Assembly: GCA_051362555.1 (NCBI GenBank)
Contig: CM120645.1
Coordinates: 11,842,001-11,906,000, forward strand
Length of the DNA: 64,000 nucleotides
DNA from: Lingula anatina
Taxonomy: Eukaryota > Animalia > Brachiopoda
Reading direction: 5' to 3'
Of this stretch, positions 53,901-63,965 are shown piece after piece. The notes under the pieces are model-generated. The model did not search any database. It was not told the origin of the DNA and saw nothing but the letters and a program-made list of their open reading frames with translations. A program made the position numbers and the translations under genes. How positions within the stretch are numbered: position 1 is the first letter of the stretch; each line of letters opens with the position of its first letter.

Positions 53901-56900
53901 ATGATGAGTTTATTACCATTTTTGACACTTTATTACACAATACACGATAACAAGTTTACCATCATTTTTACACAATCAATTAACAATGTTGTAAAGATGC
54001 AGGAAATATCAAACAAACACTTTTACGTATCTTATTAGTTAAATAATGAGACTGTTAACATGCCTAATAATTGAATCTGAGGAAATGTGAAAAAACAGCA
54101 TAACTTCTAAAATAAAGGCCCGATCATGCTGATATTCGAACTTGACCTGCGTATTATGAATATCCATCAGTTCTGTTAGTTTCAAGCCAAAAGGTAAAAT
54201 GTTTTTTCACTTATTATGTTATCGGTGTTGCATAAATGCTGAGAAAAGTGAAAAAACAGCGTAACTTCCCTAAAAATGACCCGATCATGCTGATTTTCGA
54301 ACTTGACCTGCGGATTATGAATATTCATCAGTTTTGTAAGTTTCAAGCCAAAAAGTAAAATGGTTTTCCACTTATCGTGTTATCGGTGCTGCATATATGC
54401 TGAAAAAAGTGAAAAAACAGCATAACTTCCCTAAAAATGGCCCGATCATGCTGATTTTCGAACTTGACCTGCGAATTAGGAATATTCACCAGTTCTGTAA
54501 GTTTCAAGCCAAAAGCAAAAAAGGTGTTCCACTTATTGTGTTATCGGTAAAAGTGCACGACGGCGACGACGGCGACGACAGACGCAGATGATGGCTATAT
54601 GTACAGACACATCTGTGTCTGTACATAAAAAGAAGCTGGAAATGTCTTGGTGGGCTTATGACCAAGGGTCTGGGGTCCGCTTAGGATTGGTAAACCACCC
54701 AGAAAAAATTGGATTTCTGATTTAATAGGGGAAAAATCATGTCTGAATATCACATTTATCACATAATAAACTTTAACAACCACGTCACAATACAATCTCA
54801 ACACACAAAACAAGTCCTTGGTTGTAATATCAGACATCATCATGTAATATCAGACACTGCAAACTGACTAAACTGAGAAAATGCTCTGAATTCTGAATAA
54901 CATACTACTCTTTTTCATTTATGAATAAAAAAGAACAAGGCAGCAAAGCTGTCAAATGTACAGACAAAAAACAGGAAATAACGATCCACAAAATAGGCTA
55001 CTGTCAATTCTGATGCAAAAGTACATTATGTTAAACTGCAAATTCAACATCAAATTTTAATTATGCTCAACAGGTAATACCAATGTAAGTAAAATGTGTA
55101 ACAAGTTCACAATTTGAAAATGTATAACTTCCAGAAAAAGAAGCCAATTAGACTGCTTTTCCAACTCAGGCTGCATTTTGGTCCTGTATTTCTTTTATGA
55201 AAGTTTGGCAATCATAAGTAACATGATTTTCCCATAATGGTCATCATGGCAGCAGCACCCAAAATTGTGTTTTCTTCTATTCTGATGACATATTACATAA
55301 TGCTTAACAGCATGATGTACGTCAATCTTTAATAACAAAATATACGTATCATGGATTTTCAGAAAATGTGACTAGCATGGGTCTTCAAGCCTGTGGAACT
55401 TCAAAGTCACACCTTGGAAATGCCAATATGTGAAAAATTAAATTTTCACAAAAAAACTGTTTAACTGGCAGTAAGAATTACCAAACAGACTGTATTGCCT
55501 ACTGAAGCTGTATTTTAATCCCATGTTTCTTTCCTGTAAGTTTAAAAACAGTAAGTGACATGGTTTTTCTTAAATGGTCATCATGGGAGCAGTGGCCAAA
55601 ATAGTTTTTTTGTTAATATTGCCTAAGAACTGAATCTGAGGAAATGTGAAAAAACAGCATAACTACTAAAATAGTGGCCCGATCAAGCCGATTTTCGAAC
55701 TTGACCTGTGTTTTAGTAAAATTGATTATTCCTGTGAGTTTCATGACAACAGGCCTAACGGTTTTCCTTAAAATGTGTTTACAGGGTTGCATATACGCTG
55801 AAAAGTGAAGAAAACAGCATAACTTATACAATAATGGCCCGATCATGCTGATTTTCGAACTTGACCTGCGTTTTATGAATATTCATCAGCTCTGTAAATA
55901 TAAAGCCAAAAAGTAAAACTGCCCTCCACTTATCATGTTTACAAGGAAAGTGCACGGCGCCGGCGCTGGCGACAGCGACGGCCACGACAGACGCAGGTGA
56001 TGGCAATATGTACAAACACATCTGTACATATTTACTGTACTGTTTGAGAACAGTAAGTGACATGGTTTTTCTTAAATGGTCATCATGGGAGCAGTGCCCA
56101 AAATAGTTTTTTTTCAAAATTTGATGCAATATTACATAATGTTTAACAGCATAATGACCACCAATTTTTAAAAATATAATATTAGTATCATGGATATTCA
56201 GAAAATGTGACTAGCAAAGGTCTTCAGGCCCATGGAACTTCAAAGTCACAACTTGAAAATGCCAAAATGTAAACAAAATAACAATGTTCTGAAATGTTTT
56301 TTTTTTTTTTTCATTTTTAACAATTTTTTTAACATAAAACAAAATTAACAGGTTACTGCCATTTTTATACGATCAACTAAGAAAATTGATGAGATGGGAA
56401 AAATATCAATACAACAGTGTTAAATGTCCAATTTCCTCCATTCTAAGATTCTGAACATAGTAAATGATTGAATCTGACAAACTGCAATGATATGAGTTTA
56501 TTTCCATTTTTGACACTTTATTACACAATACACGATAACAAGTTTACCATCATTTTTACATAATCAACAAACAATATTGTAAAGATGCAGGAAATGTCAA
56601 ACAAACATTTCTACATATCTTATTAGTTCAGTAATGAGACTGTTAACATTGCCTAAGAGTTGAATCTGAGGAAATGTGAAAAAACAGTATAACTTCTAAA
56701 ATAATGCCCCGATTATGCTGATTTTCGAACTCAACCTGCGTTTTAGTAAGATTGACCACTCCTGTGAGTTTAATGACAATTGGCCCATCTGTTTTTCTTA
56801 TATTGTGTTTACGGTGTTGCATATATGCTGAAAAATGAAAAAAACAGCATAACTACTAAAATAGTGGCCCAATCAAGCCGATTTTAGAACTTGACCTGTG

Positions 56901-58168
56901 TTTTAGTAAAATTGATTATTCCTGTGAGTTTCATGACAACAGGCCTAACGGTTTTCCTTAAAATGTGTTTACAGGGTTGCATATACGCTGAAAAGTGAAG
57001 AAAACAGCATAACTTATACAATAATGGCCCGATCATGCTGATTTTCGAACTTGACCTGCGTTTTATGAATATTCATCAGCTCTGTAAATATAAAGCCAAA
57101 AAGTAAAACTGCCCTCCACTTATCATGTTTACAAGGAAAGTGCACGGCGCCGGCATCGGCGACGGCGATGGCGACGGCAACGACAGACGCAGGTGATGGC
57201 AATATGTACAGACACATCTGTGTCTGTACATAAAAATGTACATCTAACAGAGAAGGCACTTACCTTTACATAGGAGGTTTTATCCCCAGGAGAACCAAAG
57301 AGTCTCCGAAAAACATCCCTGAAATAGGAAGTACAATATATCCTCATTAGAATTAAGAAACTAAAACTGTGTGAAACTAATTTCTCGATGCTTATTCTAT
57401 TCTTTAAAATTTTTAAATTGGCCTATCTGATAAAAAACTTTAAAGTCAAGTGTTATTTATCATCATCTTCATGAAGGACAGCAAAGAAGATCACCCCCAT
57501 TTAACAGTCCGTGACATTAAATGTTTTTGGTGAATATCTAATATATTATTCATTTATTTATTTATTTATCTACTTCTGGCCAGCTGGATCAGACATGCCT
57601 GATCACAATGGTAATAAAGGGTTCCAATTACCTTGTATCCTTGTTGAAAAATGGATCCTTGGCTGAAAGATAGAGGGGATACAACTTAAAATGAAGGAGA
57701 GAGCTAGTATAATTATAAGAAAACTTTATAATATAAGACAATACATATATATTCAGGAAATAGTGTATAATAAGAAGGCCAGGGTTCTTTACTTACAATT
57801 AAATAGTCTACCTTAGGTAACTAATAATACCTCTTTGTAGTCATCTTTTCATCGTTCAATGATAATAATAGACAAAGGCTTCACAGAAGACATAAAAAAT
57901 TTTAACAACCCCCAGTATAAAGCAAAAAATCAGTCTTGAAAGGGAATGAATTCTGTTTCAAGTGAAACTTAACGAGAACAGTTTTCTCCATCTCCTAAGT
58001 CCATTTACTATTCCGAACAATCAAAGAGTGTCACCACCATAATAGTTTAAAGTTTCCCCATTAAAAACAGACAAGACAGGACTTACCATATGACTTCGAT
58101 TCTAAGAACTGCAGTGAATGCCTGTGCTGTGCCACCACCACCACATCTAAAACTAGATTTCTCGCCAT
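34259..58168 (-). CDS. Uncharacterised protein with charged coiled-coil regions and a C-terminal MYND-type zinc finger
   Basis: Phase-consistent exons 58168-58087 (gccaacATGg), 57662-57632, 57318-57264, 40057-38951, 38719-38371, 37754-37582, 37083-36949, 36577-36489, 36074-35828, 35578-35329, 35152-34963, 34538-34483 and 34314-34259. C-terminus CASC...KKCQKCK...YYCGRECQVKDWKIKHKVEH. Confidence 0.8.
37213..37545. repeat. (CA)n microsatellite cluster
   Basis: Several CA runs, the longest at ~37477-37524. Confidence 0.9.
37741..38000. repeat. ~23-bp minisatellite (caggtcagagacagctaaattaa-like), about 11 degenerate units
   Basis: Recurrent taacaggtcaga core. It overlaps the splice acceptor at 37755-37756. 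Confidence 0.8.
40537..43226 (-). mobile_element. HINE composite (subfamily A; heads ending at 43226 and ~42328)
   Basis: Tail at 40537, truncated internal head at 42310-42328 and outer head at 43199-43226. Confidence 0.8.
43250..45214 (-). mobile_element. HINE (subfamily B) with two stacked heads (45090 and 45214) and at least five ~161-bp monomers
   Basis: Tail at 43250. gaacttgacctg recurs at about 44270, 44432, 44595, 44755 and 44915. Confidence 0.8.
45330..52244 (+). mobile_element. Intact BEL/Pao LTR retrotransposon inserted in a HINE
   Basis: 499-bp LTRs at 45330-45828 and 51746-52244, identical by eye. 5-bp TSD AATCT at 45325-45329 and 52245-52249. The flanks rejoin to give HINE body sequence (compare 27683-27710). 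Confidence 0.95.
45870..51623 (+). CDS. BEL/Pao Gag-Pol polyprotein (uninterrupted)
   Basis: Gag with three Cys/His knuckles (CVFCSGNH, CFNCLQ, CGKRHHALLH), protease FLDNGS, RT FYVDD, RNase H FSDAS, and integrase (HH-CC; VGVDYFGP, SDNGTNF, WERLIR). The PR-RT-RH-IN order and motifs are typical of BEL/Pao. First ATG at 45870. Confidence 0.95.
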   Translation: MAYHGSLQDFGLSHRRFRTNSLRSASESQRTKAALAMANAQLEFEEAETALRRRYREQELKDEMRMLSLRAQVRRREIEAEIQEDASLSEHNFTIDRYFNSMEEGNVDTIDAHNLTNSDHVSHQHISAQQQQQSEQQRSRMNAHHPHSTQQLQQLGVSYETEPTQPKPMSRTNQPQQFPTAAQSSQPSQLQQPYSVPSHTDPALTFNPHATEYTPMTAQSTGTSTIEQQRQLTMNDQVAHLLQQQQRALQEITLNQEMPKREYLYFNGDPVSYPTFIRNFETNIEQRVPDFRSKLSYLIQYCTGEAKEAIKSCVILEPEEGYFQARNILQTHFGQKHIIIKAMLEKIVTGPPIKASDVTRLSKLSRDMTTCQMTASKMGYYEDLNSMDTLEKVVRRLPQYFQAGWAKRSGKLFNQWIEVKFKDLADYLEEMVQIANTRFGQLVGSKPDVKPKSKVSCHNSSYKTTTLATNVHPAEKSNSNSNKSQPSSVQRDPCVFCSGNHTIKQCFKFARMNYSDRRNFVSENKLCFNCLQSNPPHTARTCQWKQLCQVPGCGKRHHALLHPPCVPANSPALQREPGANATSVVTDPVVAVQSAAVATGKRISLQIVPVTVSGGNGGPIIETYAFLDNGSDHSLCLHSLAEKLGVRGKPIQYSVSTVNDESCVNQGQEVQLEVKAINSQQGLILDQVWTTDRLPICEKNIPNNEDISEWSHLKDVQLPELDDKTVTILIGNDHPEAHWRIEERRGDKKQPYAIRTILGWTILGPMKRPNDGDVTVNFIHADQVLGCDNSLRGCDSISTQLSKIYNSEFSESSVSNSQCMSLEDKKAKRIMDESVVFVEGHYQVSLPWKSDELLPNNKPAAEKRLNLLKRRLQRDEKLREKYTQALQEYIDKGHAQKIDHRNLHNNSNSVWYLPHHPVINSKKSKIRVVFDCAAKYAGVSLNDSLLQGPDLTNSLIGVLLRFRQEKIAIVADIEQMYHQVRVHPDDRDALRFLWWPAGDLSKQPEEYQMLVHVFGATSSASCTVYALLKNAEDHGKDFDFQTVETVYRNFYVDDCLKSVETVDEAKRMITQLTSLLQKGGFHLTKWISNQEEVLSSVPTAEQAPSVRNVNFDKQPIEHALGVQWNIEKDTFGYCVRERDVKNTRRGILSFIASIYDPLGFAAPLILKPKQILQELCREGIAWDSDLPAEDLNAWTQWREGLDNLQRIEVPRCYKSAQLADIQSIELHHFSDASLSGYGIVSYLRFVDINQQVSCTIVMGKSRVAALKTVTVPRMELTAATLSAKVHKQMMEELQLPIHRVVFWTDSTIVLQYIRNSATRFHVFVANRLQIIHDVSSPSQWYHVDSEQNPADYASRGIQLRSDNGDDIKRWLHGPAFLYQPEIHWPKQPDNLHEIPENDREVKRKSAQIHVTTSTEVSDGVERLLHHFSSWYTLQKSVAWILRFKRYLLSRVRQLTVNRNNGPLTVQEIALATDAIVMYVQAKSFPKECNVVSSAMTKKPDSKGYVSPLCKLSPIKIEGILCVGGRLQNAAISTSQKHPKILPHDHHVTEIIVRHYHIKEGHVGAYHVLSVIRQEFWITRGLSTVKKVIRKCMVCRRWNAVPSTQVMAPLPRSRVTPGKPPFHSVGVDYFGPLLVKCGRRTNKHYGCIFTCMATRAVHLEISYNLSSDSFIQAVLRFISRRGPPCEIFSDNGTNFRGAEADLKRILQQWNQEKISDSLLQRNIQWHFNPPSASHAGGVWERLIRSVRKIMRSVLGNRLVDDETLITVLAEVEKIMNDRPLIRKADHYYELETLSPNQLLLLRSNPCLPADNFTERDQYNEQWKHAQLIADQFWQRWIKEYLPVLQERQKWLRPAKNFEKGDFVLLIDENAFRGQWPKGLIEETFPDKYGHVRQVIVKTAKGRFRRDVRKLCLLEGNFV
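52250..54626 (-). mobile_element. HINE (subfamily B head at 54626) interrupted by the BEL element; continues at 45215-45329
   Basis: Head hairpin ends at 54626. ~161-bp monomers, plus four ~337-bp units (aacttcaaagtcaca at ~52644, 52981, 53318 and 53655). Confidence 0.8.
54934..57231 (-). mobile_element. HINE composite (subfamily A; heads ending at 57231 and ~56030)
   Basis: Same two-headed architecture and junction (catctgtac-[a/t]tatttactgtactgtttgagaac) as 40537-43226. Confidence 0.8.
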
Positions 58169-59171
58169 GTTGGCTTTTCCTGAAATAGGAAGATAATAAA
58201 ATCTACATATAATAGCTCATTTAGTATATTAAAAAAAAAAAAAAAAAAAAGTTTCCATTTTGGCCTTCCCTTTTATATATAAGTCAATAACATTTAAATT
58301 GATGTAAATTATTCCTATTCCAAACATAAAAAGCATACTATTACCTATTTGGCCAGTGTCATACTGCCTACATAATAGTAGAGTAAAAGTACCTTGTTGT
58401 AAACTTTTGACTGGGGTAATCCCCCCGATTTGAAGCTGCCAAGAAACACCTCACCTTCACAATAGTGTTCTGTGATGTACCGAAAGGCCTCTTCTATAAA
58501 TTCATGATAGTTATCTTGTTTGCCTGGAAACTCCCTTATTACTCCATAATGTACAGAAAATGATTGGAACGTGATCACAAAGCGAAGCCAAAATTTTTTA
58601 CCCTGAAGTGAAAGTACATTCTACAGTCAAAACAAGAAGTTAACTTTAAAACAGGAAGTTACAATTCAACAGAAAAAAATTAGCATTAGTTGGTTGAAAT
58701 ATTTCACCCTAAAGTGAAAGTACATTCTACAATCAAAACAAGAAGTTAATATTTAAAACAGGAAGTTACAATTCAAGAGAAAAAAAACAGCATTAGTTGC
58801 TTAAAATATTTCAAAGAAAGAAAGTTACAAAGTTATAATTTTTCCTCATAGTCAAAAGAAAACTGTTTTTTTTTTTTTTTTTGCTTTTTAATACTGCCCT
58901 CATTACAAATCAGTCACTGTCTTCACTTTTATAATCAGCTAACATTACCAAAATAGAGCAGTTAGCATAAGCACTACTTTCCCAAACACCTAAGAAAACT
59001 TGAAACCCATTTTAACTGAAATGAAACTTGATAATAATACAAGAGTCTTGCCTGATCAATCCACATCCTCCTGAAAGCCTCCTTATGTTTCTGGAAGAAT
59101 TCATACTCATTGGGAGATATATCATTGTCAAACAGGGAGAAATCATTGTCCTTCAACTTTATCTTCCTCAT
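58153..59171 (-). CDS. Putative upstream ORF or alternative N-terminal exons of the MYND gene (~126 aa)
   Basis: Exon 58602-58393 (210 nt, good AG/GT) is open only in phase 0. Joined to exon 58179 it stops at 58153. Possible upstream exons are 59171-59028 (weak donor) or 60683-60660 (MATEALHQ, GTAAGG donor). Confidence 0.4.
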
Positions 59172-59179
59172 GATTGTAA

Positions 59180-59365
59180 TCTGGTATGATGTGGTACAAC
59201 CTAGTACGGTATGGTACAACCTGGTATGATGTGGTACAACCCCAAACTTGGTTCAACCTGCTACACCTCTGTTTAACCTGATACAATGCCCAATGGTTCA
59301 ACTTGGTATGATATGGCACAACCTGGTACAGTGTGGTACAACCTGGTATGATATGGTACACTGTG
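59180..59365. repeat. Degenerate ~20-bp tandem repeat (tggtacaacctggtatgat)
   Basis: Directly visible repeated units. Confidence 0.75.
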
Positions 59366-60683
59366 GTATTCAAGACAACACCTTTTGTTCAAAGGGCAAA
59401 GCAAAGACAAGTTATTTTACAGTATCAGTTTTTATCCCAAGCAACTATGACCTCTTGGATAAGTAATTTAAACTTGCAGCTGAATCCGATACAGAAATTC
59501 CTGTGCACCTCCACTGTAATGTGGGAATAGGTGAATTATTTATATCCCTTGAAAATCGTCTCAGCACCCCACAAGTGAAGCAATCCACAAAAGGCAACTG
59601 TACACCAGTTGTATCACAATGGTGATCTCACTCACAGCTGTAGACTACAAGAAGGGAAGGTTTCTTGTCACAAAATGATTCAGAAGAATCTAATATTCCA
59701 CCTCAGTTAAGATGCTCACACTAAACTGTCTGTAAGATCGCTGTCTCTATCCCTGTACTAGTACCTACAACAGATCAAATGAGAGCATTAAAATTACAAC
59801 CTTTGAAAAACATGTTTCAAGCAACAATTATTACTTACTTGTTAGTTCAAATATAACACCTACTGGTATAGTCTGACAAAAATTTTCAAAAGTTATTTAA
59901 TTAAAATGTCTAGATCTATACATATCCAAATTATACTTCAAGAATGTCAAAAACTTGCAGGGTTTTCTCTATTTTAACTAGTGTCACCAAAGGCAAGCCT
60001 TTGTTCACAATGACGTCATATCTAAATACCAATACAGTGCAAATAGAGTGAAGCACACCTGCCAATGTGCTTTAAATAGATAGACTGGCAGGTATGTCTA
60101 TGACTGACCTCGATTTGTCTTGCATGATCGGCTCAAGTGATATAGTAATTCAATAATTTCTTATCTTATCCAAAGCTCTCACGTGGTTATTTCTGTACGT
60201 GTAGTTCTGCATGTGGAATTATTTCAGTTCACAGACATCAGTCCGTTTAAAATTAAAAGACTCGTGAAACTAAAACAATTGTGAAAATTAATATCAAATA
60301 TTGATCTTCGCGTCTAAACAGAAACGGGAAGCAGAAAGGGATCTACGCATTCTTTACGACAAAAGCGTTTCAATGCACATGGCCTTTTTTTTTAGAAATA
60401 TTCTATAACAAATAAATGTAAAAGTAAAAGTGGCGAGCTGAAAAGTTATTCTGAGGCTATAACTCAGTGTATACGTTATAACAATGAATGACATCGAACA
60501 ATTTCCACTGAATTTCCGATTCATAACACCCATTTTATTTTAAAGCCCTGAAAATCACTTTCTGGGTCAAAAAACATGCTCAATGCCAATGAATTTAGCA
60601 AATTAATATCGGCTATTTCATGCCACATAATACTTTACACATTATCAAAGAGGCCTTACCTGATGCAACGCTTCAGTCGCCAT

Positions 60684-60983
60684 TTGTAATTTCAATGATG
60701 TGTAAATGAAAGTCAAGTTACTATCCATCGGTCAGCCTCCTTTTTTAATATTTGCCAAGTAGCAATTTATTATGATAATGAGGCTCTACTGAGGTAGAGG
60801 GAAGTGCTTCGAATATGTTCTACCTGGGAACAAAACTTTGAAAACTGCAACATTCTCAGTCAATATTTATTAATGAAGAAGCTACTACACGAAACATAGT
60901 TACTCAGTGTTTTTAAGATACAAAAGAAAAGCAGAACGCATTGAGCTCCAGCAGTAAACAGCCTCGTTGTGGATGTTTAAAAA
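60684..60983. promoter_or_regulatory. Probable bidirectional promoter between the MYND gene 5' exon and ZRANB3
   Basis: Divergent ATGs in good context at 60683 (-) and 60984 (+), 300 bp apart, each followed by a GTAAG donor. Confidence 0.5.
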
Positions 60984-63965
60984 ATGGCGCATAACACGAA
61001 AGCGCACCGAAAGGAATCAACAGGGAAACTATCGTATCTTCCGCGTAAACTGCGCCAGCGATTAATGAAATTCCAAGCGGAAGGGGTAGACTTTGGTATC
61101 AGGAATGATGGAAAGTAAGCATGATGTTAGCTTTACTTTTTTACTTGTAAGAACCACTTTTTGCATAAAGAATTTCAAGAATGTTGTCAATCTACTGTAG
61201 ACTAGTGGACAGTAGTGCCAGTGGTACATGTACTATTTCTAGGTACAGTATACATAATTTAAATTACATGATGATATGATAAAAATACCATAGATTAAAA
61301 ATAATATATGACATACAGTGAACGTACAAATTACAGTTTAGTCTCAGGTCACCTTTTCTACAAAGCCAAAGGCAGCCATCCCACAAGCACTGATCATGAT
61401 TTTTAAATTTTATGTCATATTTAATTTTTCAGATGCCTGATTGGAGATGAGGTATGTATATTTTAGATTCAGAACGATTCTTTTTTATCAAAAAATATTT
61501 GAAAAATCAGGTACTGGTAATATATTTTTCAAAAGTCAAAATACATTTGCAAATCAAAGTTAATGGCTGCTGATACAGTTCATGTGCTAGTGTTACATCT
61601 TGCTGATCTTTTCCTTGTACACACACACACACCCCAACATTTTTTTTAAATGAAAGAAATCTTGTAAAACCATTCCCTTAAGCACCCTCATCACCCTGCC
61701 TCCTCCTGCTCCATCACTACTCCCTGAGATCACCAAGGAAGCAATGCAGAGACATAACAAAACAAAGCAGTGTAGATGTAATGTTTTTCTTGTCCAACAT
61801 AACTTCATATGAACTTTTACTACATCGTTGCATCAGTTGAGCATGTGACAACTTTTCACCCACTCGAACAGGCTGTCCATAATTCCACTTAAAACAACTC
61901 TCTGACTTAATTCCTGAAATATGTACATATTATATAATACCACTCTCAAATACTGTTAACTCCAGATGGGTCTGGGGAAAACCCTGCAGGCCATCTCTAT
62001 AGCCTATTACTACAAGGCTGAGTGGCCCCTGTTGATAGTGATACCAGCTTCACTGAGATACCCCTGGGTGGAGGAGATAGAGAAATGGCTGCCAGAAGTC
62101 AGCCCACACCACATCAACCTGATGCAGTCTATGCAGGATACCAGGTGAGAGGTACAAAACTGCAGTCTGGGGTAGTGCAAACTTTCTCCAAATTTGCCAA
62201 ATGCTAAAACTGACTTAATTGGCTTAACAAAATACCAGGAGGGTTGATTTGATTTCTTTAAGTCAAAGCTATACCATTAGTAGAAAAAATTGATGAAAAA
62301 TTGGTGATTGTCTAAGCAAAAAAAAAAAAAAAAAAAATGCTAGCGCTACCCCAGACAGTCTGGTGTATACCAGGCGAAGATTTTATAAGGGAACCTTGGG
62401 TAGGGTTTAAAATGTGTAAAGGTATCCTATTTGGGTTTTTTTATGCCAATTTTTTTTTTCAGTCTGTAGTATACAGAATATAACGTATAGTAAGTGATAT
62501 AAGAGATATAAAGTGAAGGCTGTAGTATAAGGTGAATAAAAATATGGGAGTATTACTGTTGTCACCAGGTTCATATTCTACATACTTACAGGAAAAAGCA
62601 ATTTTGGAAATGTGAATAATTATTTTTGTTTCAAATTTCTTAAGAAGCAACTCTCTGTTTCAGTGCCATCCCAACAGCAGCCATTACCATCATCACATAT
62701 GGTCTTATACAACACTTCAAACCCGGCTCCCCCTGCATGGAGGCACTGGTTAACCAAAACTTCCAGGTGGTCATTGTGGACGAATCTCATTATGTCCGGA
62801 ACAGGAAGACGGCCACTACCAAGGTTGTGGTACCACTGGTGCAGAGAGCCAGAAGGAAGATCTTATTAACAGGAACACCTGCTTTAGCTAGGCCATCAGA
62901 GGTGAAGAGTGCTAGAGATAAAGTTTTTTTTTTTTTAGGCATGATTTGCTACATTGTCAGATAATTAATTTTTTTTCAGCCCAACATTAATGGAAAATAT
63001 CTTACAGTACAGAAATCAGATTGAAAATTTTGTCTTTAATTAGTTAATAAATTGATATACTGCTTTTACAACTTTCTCAGGTTAAGGTTTTCTTTTTCAT
63101 TCCTAAAGTCTGCATGAAGTATGCAAAATGTAATATTTCACAGTTTTCTAGGTGTGACATTGTGTTCAATGTAAAATTTTGTTAGTTGTGACATTCTTAT
63201 GTTTCCTCAGCTGTTAATTTTTCTTATGTGATCTGAATCTGTTTATGCAATTTGTTAAGATGCGACATTGTGTTAGATGCACCACTGTGTTAGGTGTGCC
63301 TTTGTGTTTTATTTCCTCAGCTCTACCCCCAGCTGGAGGCGCTGTGTCCAGGACAGTTTGGTACGTGGTCTGCCTACACCAAGAGATACTGTGATGCCCA
63401 CATGAAGTACTTTGGACACCGTGGTAGACAGTGGTACACGGGGTGAGTGTCACTAATAGTTAATGGAGAAGAACAGTGATTAATTAAACCTAGATATTTA
63501 TTTTTAAATAATTATAATTATTTAACTATTAAGTATTAAAATTTTCATCAAAATGAGACATAATTTTCAAAGTTTTTCATTTCAGTCATAAAAAGCTGAC
63601 TTTATCCAAACTCGCATTTCAGAAATTTTAATATTAATTATTATAATATTTTTTCAGTTATTTCTAATAATTGGTTAAATCCTTTTTCAGACAAGCTAGT
63701 AAGTTATAAACTTTTGATGACAGATATATGGTACACAGTGGTATTTTTAGGGAAGATCTGTCTAATGGAAAATGTATTATATTTTATTGTAACGTTTCTC
63801 TTGTTTATTGTTTATTGTAGAGGTGCTAGTAATCTCCCTGAGCTGGAGTTTAGGCTGAAGGAGACGGTCATGATACGCAGGCTGAAGAAAGATGTCCTGA
63901 CACAACTTCCACCTAAAACTAGGCAGAGGATACCCTTCCAGCTCAAACCCTCAGATTATAAAAAG
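60984..63965 (+). CDS. ZRANB3: SNF2-family annealing helicase ZRANB3 (5' part; continues past the window)
   Basis: Exons 60984-61114, 61433-61451, 61966-62144, 62664-62901, 63321-63442 and 63821-63965. Motifs LMKFQAEGV, GDEMGLGKT, VDESH, LLTGTP and MIRRLKKDVLTQLPPKTRQRIPF. The helicase starts right at the N-terminus with no HARP domains, which favours ZRANB3 over SMARCAL1. Confidence 0.88.
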
